Source of the DNA: a virus
Lineage: Duplodnaviria; Caudoviricetes
Virus record (IMG/VR): IMGVR_UViG_3300030106_004741
Coordinates: 1-62,378 of that record
Strand: one strand, 5' to 3'
DNA length: 62,378 nt
Shown piece by piece: positions 58,393 to 62,378 of this stretch (the first letter of the stretch is position 1; each line of letters opens with the position of its first letter). The notes under the pieces were generated by a model. It worked only from the letters and a program-made list of their open reading frames with translations, had not been told where the DNA came from and ran no database searches. A program made the translations under genes and the position numbers.

Positions 58393-59572
58393 TTTCTAAA
58401 ATTTTTTTAATTATTCCTTTTAACACATTTACACTCATACTATTACCTGCTTGTTTATATAATTGAGTGTCACTTATATCATTATCTTTGCAGTTTTTAA
58501 AAAACACATCTTCAAAACCTTGCAGTCTTAAACACTCTAATGGTGTTAATCTTCTTATGTTTTGTTTTTTTTCTTTTACCAGAGGAGCACTTCTGCTTAT
58601 TTCACTCGCACTGTTTTTAGATGCAGTTAAACAGGGTGATAACCCATTTTCTCTTATTCTTAACCCTTCATCTGTTCTCACATCTGCAATCCACTCTATT
58701 TCTCCCACCATACTATCTAAAGAATGAGTTGTGATGGTATTAACCACATTGTCACTTCTAAACTCTAACCTTTTTTGTCTATCCTGATTTGCATCGGCAC
58801 TTGATTTTCTTGGCCATGTTCTTAATGCACAACCCCTTACCTCTATTAAATCATCTGCTCTTGCCCCACCAACCTTTAATGCACTCATAATTCCTTCAGT
58901 GTCGTGAAACTTTGCACGAAAACCATTTCCTTTTTCTTCATTCCTTTTATTGTATTCTTTTAATTTTTCTATTTGTTGTTCTTTTAAAAAATACTTTTCC
59001 TCCACATTACTTTCTAACAAATGTTTGATTTTAATTTCTAAATTAACATGTTGTGGCCACTCAAAATAATGCTCATCTCTAAACCCCACTATAAAAATTC
59101 TCTCTCTATTTTGTGGTATACCGAAATGTTTCGTATTTAAAACCTTTGCATAAGTCCTGTACTTTGTTTCTTTTAAACACTCCATTATAGTTCGGTATGT
59201 GTTTCCTTTGTCGTGATTTACTAAACCCTTTACATTTTCTAAAATAAAATACTTGGGTCTTACATGTTGAATGTATTGTAATAAATCAAAAAACAATGTA
59301 CCTCGTGTATCCTCAAATCCTTTTCGTTTACCCGCAATACTAAATGCCTGACACGGAAAACCTGCGACATATAAATCTACATAGGGTGTGTTTTTTTGTT
59401 CCCGTGCAGTAATGTCGTCATAAAAAATTTCAGGATTATAATTAGAAAGATAACTTTTCTTTGCCCACTTATCTACATCACATGCAAACTTTACCCTGTG
59501 TTCTATACCTAATTGTTTTAATGCTTGTTCTGGAGCACCTATTCCGCTAAAGTCCGTTCCTACTTTTATCAT
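58373..59572 (-). CDS. DNA cytosine-C5 methyltransferase
   Basis: DFSGIG, GFPCQ, ENVKG, PQNRER, RRLTPLE, QAGNS. Confidence 0.95.
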   Translation of the reverse strand: MIKVGTDFSGIGAPEQALKQLGIEHRVKFACDVDKWAKKSYLSNYNPEIFYDDITAREQKNTPYVDLYVAGFPCQAFSIAGKRKGFEDTRGTLFFDLLQYIQHVRPKYFILENVKGLVNHDKGNTYRTIMECLKETKYRTYAKVLNTKHFGIPQNRERIFIVGFRDEHYFEWPQHVNLEIKIKHLLESNVEEKYFLKEQQIEKLKEYNKRNEEKGNGFRAKFHDTEGIMSALKVGGARADDLIEVRGCALRTWPRKSSADANQDRQKRLEFRSDNVVNTITTHSLDSMVGEIEWIADVRTDEGLRIRENGLSPCLTASKNSASEISRSAPLVKEKKQNIRRLTPLECLRLQGFEDVFFKNCKDNDISDTQLYKQAGNSMSVNVLKGIIKKILENEKRYI

Positions 59573-59661
59573 TTTTTAATTCTTTTACTTGTTCGGTTAA
59601 TTCTTTTATCCCTTTACTTATTTTAGGTATCTCCCTAATTAGAGTTTCATAAAACTCCATC

Positions 59662-59958
59662 TCAACTTTTGTTATCATTTTTCTCATCTTCTTTTGCAAT
59701 TATTAATAAAATTAAATACCCACATAAATCAAATAGTGTGTCTTCAGTTTCATCGGACAATCCTCTGTTTTTTATTCTTGCAAGTTTATCGTCTATTCTT
59801 GCACAGAGAGATGCACTTGCCTTACCTTTACTAAATATATTAATAGGTTGTAATGCCGAGTTGCCGTATGCATCATTTTTTTCCGCTAACATCTCGTACA
59901 CCTTTCTGCTTACTTGTTTTATTTTGTCTTTACTCATTGTCATTACCTTTAATTTCAT
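59662..59958 (-). CDS. Nucleotide-modification-associated domain 1 (Nmad1/DUF1599-like) protein
   Basis: KNDAYG, RIDDKLARI, EDTLFDLCGY; the start may be a few codons later. Confidence 0.78.
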   Translation of the reverse strand: MKLKVMTMSKDKIKQVSRKVYEMLAEKNDAYGNSALQPINIFSKGKASASLCARIDDKLARIKNRGLSDETEDTLFDLCGYLILLIIAKEDEKNDNKS

Positions 59959-60355
59959 GCCTCTTTAAAAACTCACTCCACTCCTTTTTGTGTTTTGCCC
60001 AATTATACTCAGTAAACCTGTATTCTCTTTCCCAAATGTGTTCCTCAATTTTAGCCAAACTATCTTTAGTATATATATCTCCGTTATTGTCCCACACATA
60101 CTTGTATTTACTATTTCGGAGAACTTGCACTATATACCCACCTGCATATCTTACTACATGTTCACATAAAGGTTGAAAGATTATTTTTTTTCCTAAAATT
60201 TTTTTAGCCCTTGCAGGTTTTTCAATAAGACCTGTTTTTACCCAATCTTTGAAATTAAAACTTTTTAAAAATTCTTCTGATAACTTTACCCAATGAGTGT
60301 TGGGGTTTTTTTCCGACAATTCTCGTTGAATGTCTTTGATTACATTTTGTTCCAT
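59930..60355 (-). CDS. Hypothetical protein
   Basis: 141-aa ORF; promoter-like TATCTTTA at about 60433-60440 (-). Confidence 0.7.
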   Translation of the reverse strand: MEQNVIKDIQRELSEKNPNTHWVKLSEEFLKSFNFKDWVKTGLIEKPARAKKILGKKIIFQPLCEHVVRYAGGYIVQVLRNSKYKYVWDNNGDIYTKDSLAKIEEHIWEREYRFTEYNWAKHKKEWSEFLKRHEIKGNDNE

Positions 60356-60471
60356 ATTACAATACTTTAACTTTTAAAGTCCTTACACTTAATTGGTGTA
60401 TTGCATTTAGAACTAATCGTTTATTTAAAGTATAAAGATAGTGTAATCTTTTTATAAATCAAAACTAAATC

Positions 60472-60500
60472 AAAAAAAAAGAGGACACAAAGTCCTCTTT
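60472..60500 (-). terminator. Intrinsic terminator
   Basis: aaagaggac...gtcctcttt hairpin with an A-tract on +. Confidence 0.75.
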
Positions 60501-60508
60501 CTTTATTG

Positions 60509-60526
60509 TGTGTCCTTTAAGACACT
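60509..60526. promoter_or_regulatory. Palindrome copy 4 (degenerate), TGTGTCCTTTAAGACACT
   Basis: Two arm mismatches to the consensus; lies between a stop codon and a terminator. Confidence 0.55.
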
Positions 60527-60528
60527 CT

Positions 60529-60933
60529 TTAAATCTCGGCATGAAAATAACAATGTCCATGTGTTTCGAGTTGTTTTAAAACTTGTTTACCAAATCTTAA
60601 ATCGGCAAACTCGTGTAACAAATATCTCAAATCTTGTTCTATAAAGGTTTTATTCTCTATACTTTTATTAAGATATTCCAATAACATTTTATCATTGTAA
60701 CCATTGTTTTCCTTAAAGAACTTCTCTAAAACTTTTAAAACATCGTGTCCTATGTTTTCTTTAATCACTTTTATCTCGTCCTTTACTGTCTTTATTGCCT
60801 CTTCATCTTCTCCGAACCAATACTCGATTTCAGATGGTTCACTTTCCATTGCCCCGAACCGTACTGCACAATCCGAACTTTGCACTGCAAACCAAAACTT
60901 ACCTTCAATATCTCCTCTATAATACCTTCCCAT
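60529..60933 (-). CDS. Early hypothetical protein (MGRYY.GDIEGKFWF)
   Basis: 134-aa ORF. Confidence 0.75.
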   Translation of the reverse strand: MGRYYRGDIEGKFWFAVQSSDCAVRFGAMESEPSEIEYWFGEDEEAIKTVKDEIKVIKENIGHDVLKVLEKFFKENNGYNDKMLLEYLNKSIENKTFIEQDLRYLLHEFADLRFGKQVLKQLETHGHCYFHAEI

Positions 60934-61081
60934 AATTTTCTGTTTTTTGTGAGGACACTTCCACTTCCTCGTTATTATCTATTGCACTAAATTTCCACCC
61001 ACTACTCCTATTACAAAGACTAGAGGTTGCACAAGAACTTAAAAATAAAACTCCTGTGACTATTACTAAATACTTTTTCAT
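60917..61081 (-). CDS. Unannotated 54-aa lipoprotein MKKYLVIVTGVLFLSSC...
   Basis: Manual translation; basic N-region, hydrophobic core, LSSC lipobox. Confidence 0.7.
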   Translation of the reverse strand: MKKYLVIVTGVLFLSSCATSSLCNRSSGWKFSAIDNNEEVEVSSQKTENYGKVL

Positions 61082-61086
61082 TGTTT

Positions 61087-61317
61087 CTATTTTGTTAAAT
61101 CGTTAAACATATCTATCATTCCAATACCAAACCACACTCCTACACAACTACCTATAAAAATACTAATCGGTATAAATGATTGACAAAGAGTGGTTATACC
61201 ATAATACAAACCTGCACATAAAGACACTATCGTTAAACTGATTAAGAATAGAACTTTTAATCTATCCATTGTTATCCCAAATATGTACTTTAATAATTCT
61301 TTAAATTTAATTTTCAT
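61087..61317 (-). CDS. Small two-TM membrane protein
   Basis: Two hydrophobic helices. Confidence 0.7.
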   Translation of the reverse strand: MKIKFKELLKYIFGITMDRLKVLFLISLTIVSLCAGLYYGITTLCQSFIPISIFIGSCVGVWFGIGMIDMFNDLTK

Positions 61318-61334
61318 TATATAAAATTTTTATT

Positions 61335-61393
61335 GTTAATGAGTAGTCAAAAAACTTGACTACTTTCGTTCATTGAGAACTCATCAGATTAAC
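61335..61393 (-). ncRNA. Hammerhead ribozyme (type I)
   Basis: - strand: guuaau CUGAUGA guuc-ucaau-gaac GAAA guagucaa-guuuu-uugacuac UC auuaac. Complete catalytic core with three perfectly paired stems; predicted cleavage between 61341 and 61340. Confidence 0.93.
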
Positions 61394-61589
61394 TTTTTAA
61401 TACTTGTTTTAAATTCTCTAACATTTTATCATACTCTTGTCTTATTCCCAACTCCCTACTTCCACAATCATCATCTCCACCATAAACTGCAACACTATAC
61501 TCTAATAAATCATTTATCATTACATAAATATCTCTTAATCTTTCGTGGTTTTTACTACCTATATATATATATCCTTTATTTTTTTTCAT
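61389..61589 (-). CDS. Hypothetical protein
   Basis: 66 aa; its stop codon forms part of hammerhead stem I. Confidence 0.65.
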   Translation of the reverse strand: MKKNKGYIYIGSKNHERLRDIYVMINDLLEYSVAVYGGDDDCGSRELGIRQEYDKMLENLKQVLKS

Positions 61590-61712
61590 AATTTTATTTT
61601 TTACTTTTTTTACAATTACACTTAACCTCTTTCTTTTTGATTTTACCCTCCCAATGTAATAACACTAGGGAGGATAAATTCTTTTTACAATACTTACATT
61701 CAAATCTCATAA

Positions 61713-62278
61713 CTATATACTGTCGGTTAAAACATCATTTTCTGCAAACCATTCTCCACAACTATTGCAATAGTAGTTAGAGAACTCATCGAATTGTAAA
61801 TCACAATAACAATTAACACAATAAGGTTTTGTTTCTAGGATATCTTCCTCTCTAATAACCTCACTATCTCGGCAACTGTCAATAGTTAAATCTTGAATAG
61901 GTTGCACATTACCCCAATCAAAAGAATTATCACTCCAATCAAAAAGAGAGGGAGTATAACTTTTCGTTTTTTGAGTTTGTTTTGTTTTTGATTTCCAACT
62001 ACCCCTCTTTGTGTAATTACTGAAACTCCAATTTTGAGTATATGTTTTGTGAAACTGTGTTCCCTTTGTTATTTCTTGTGGGTTAAAGTATAACCAACAA
62101 TTAATAATCTTTCCACTTGACAATTTGATAGGTATCAATTCTCTTCTATACCAACGAGGATGTCCCTCTAGGTTGTCTAAATCTTTAAAAGTGGTGTTAG
62201 ATACTTTAAATACATCTACCTTAACATTATGTCCAACTCCTTTTTTGTTTACCACATAAGGTAGTCCCTGAATAATTA
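61713..62278 (-). CDS. 3' part of the origin-spanning gene: GGCT domain, linker and C-terminal zinc ribbon
   Basis: LDNLEGHPRWYRR (GGCT catalytic Glu motif), CVNC...CNSC; in frame with 601..1. Confidence 0.88.
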
Positions 62279-62280
62279 AA

Positions 62281-62378
62281 GGGTATTTATCTTGTGTGTT
62301 TCCACTACCTACATATTTTGCATTTCGTAGGTGTCTATTATAATTAGAATAACCTTTCTTTAATGTTCCATAAACTGC
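62281..62378 (+). repeat. Terminal direct repeat, second copy
   Basis: Identical to 3..100. Confidence 0.97.

Noticed and set aside
1-62378. Stop-codon reassignment, diversity-generating retroelement, introns/inteins, integrase
   Set aside because: Long genes are intact under the standard code. I recognised no reverse transcriptase, template/variable repeat pair, intein motif or recombinase.

Overview
This window looks like a complete, circularly assembled genome (about 62,278 bp) of a tailed dsDNA phage with podovirus-like gene order. Bases 3-100 recur exactly at 62281-62378. The host is inferred to be Bacteroidota (probably Flavobacteriia), based on recurrent TAnnTTTG promoter boxes, Gln after signal-peptidase sites and a T9SS-like C-terminal signal. 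The + strand (about 3.9-49.1 kb) carries very basic small proteins, GroEL/GroES, an envelope/lysis cassette, terminase, portal, scaffold, major capsid, tail proteins and ejection proteins including a 2837-aa giant. The - strand (49.1-62.3 kb, continuing through 1-3.4 kb) carries replication, recombination, methylation and early genes. I recognised no DNA polymerase, RNA polymerase, integrase or tRNA. Items the ORF track does not explain: (1) a canonical hammerhead ribozyme at 61335-61393 (-); (2) an origin-spanning GATase-II/gamma-glutamylcyclotransferase/Zn-ribbon fusion next to an amidoligase; (3) a secreted-protein cassette (outer-membrane beta-barrel, LDLa-like protein with T9SS-like tail, Cys-less thioredoxin fold) coupled to endolysin and holin; (4) four proteins sharing an MKT(S/V)x(L/A)RK N-terminus, three of them extremely basic; (5) an 18-bp palindrome at four module boundaries; (6) two copies of a TGTC-phased origin-like element; (7) kinase-like and HExxH domains inside the giant virion protein. 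All family calls come from motif recognition by eye, not database searches.
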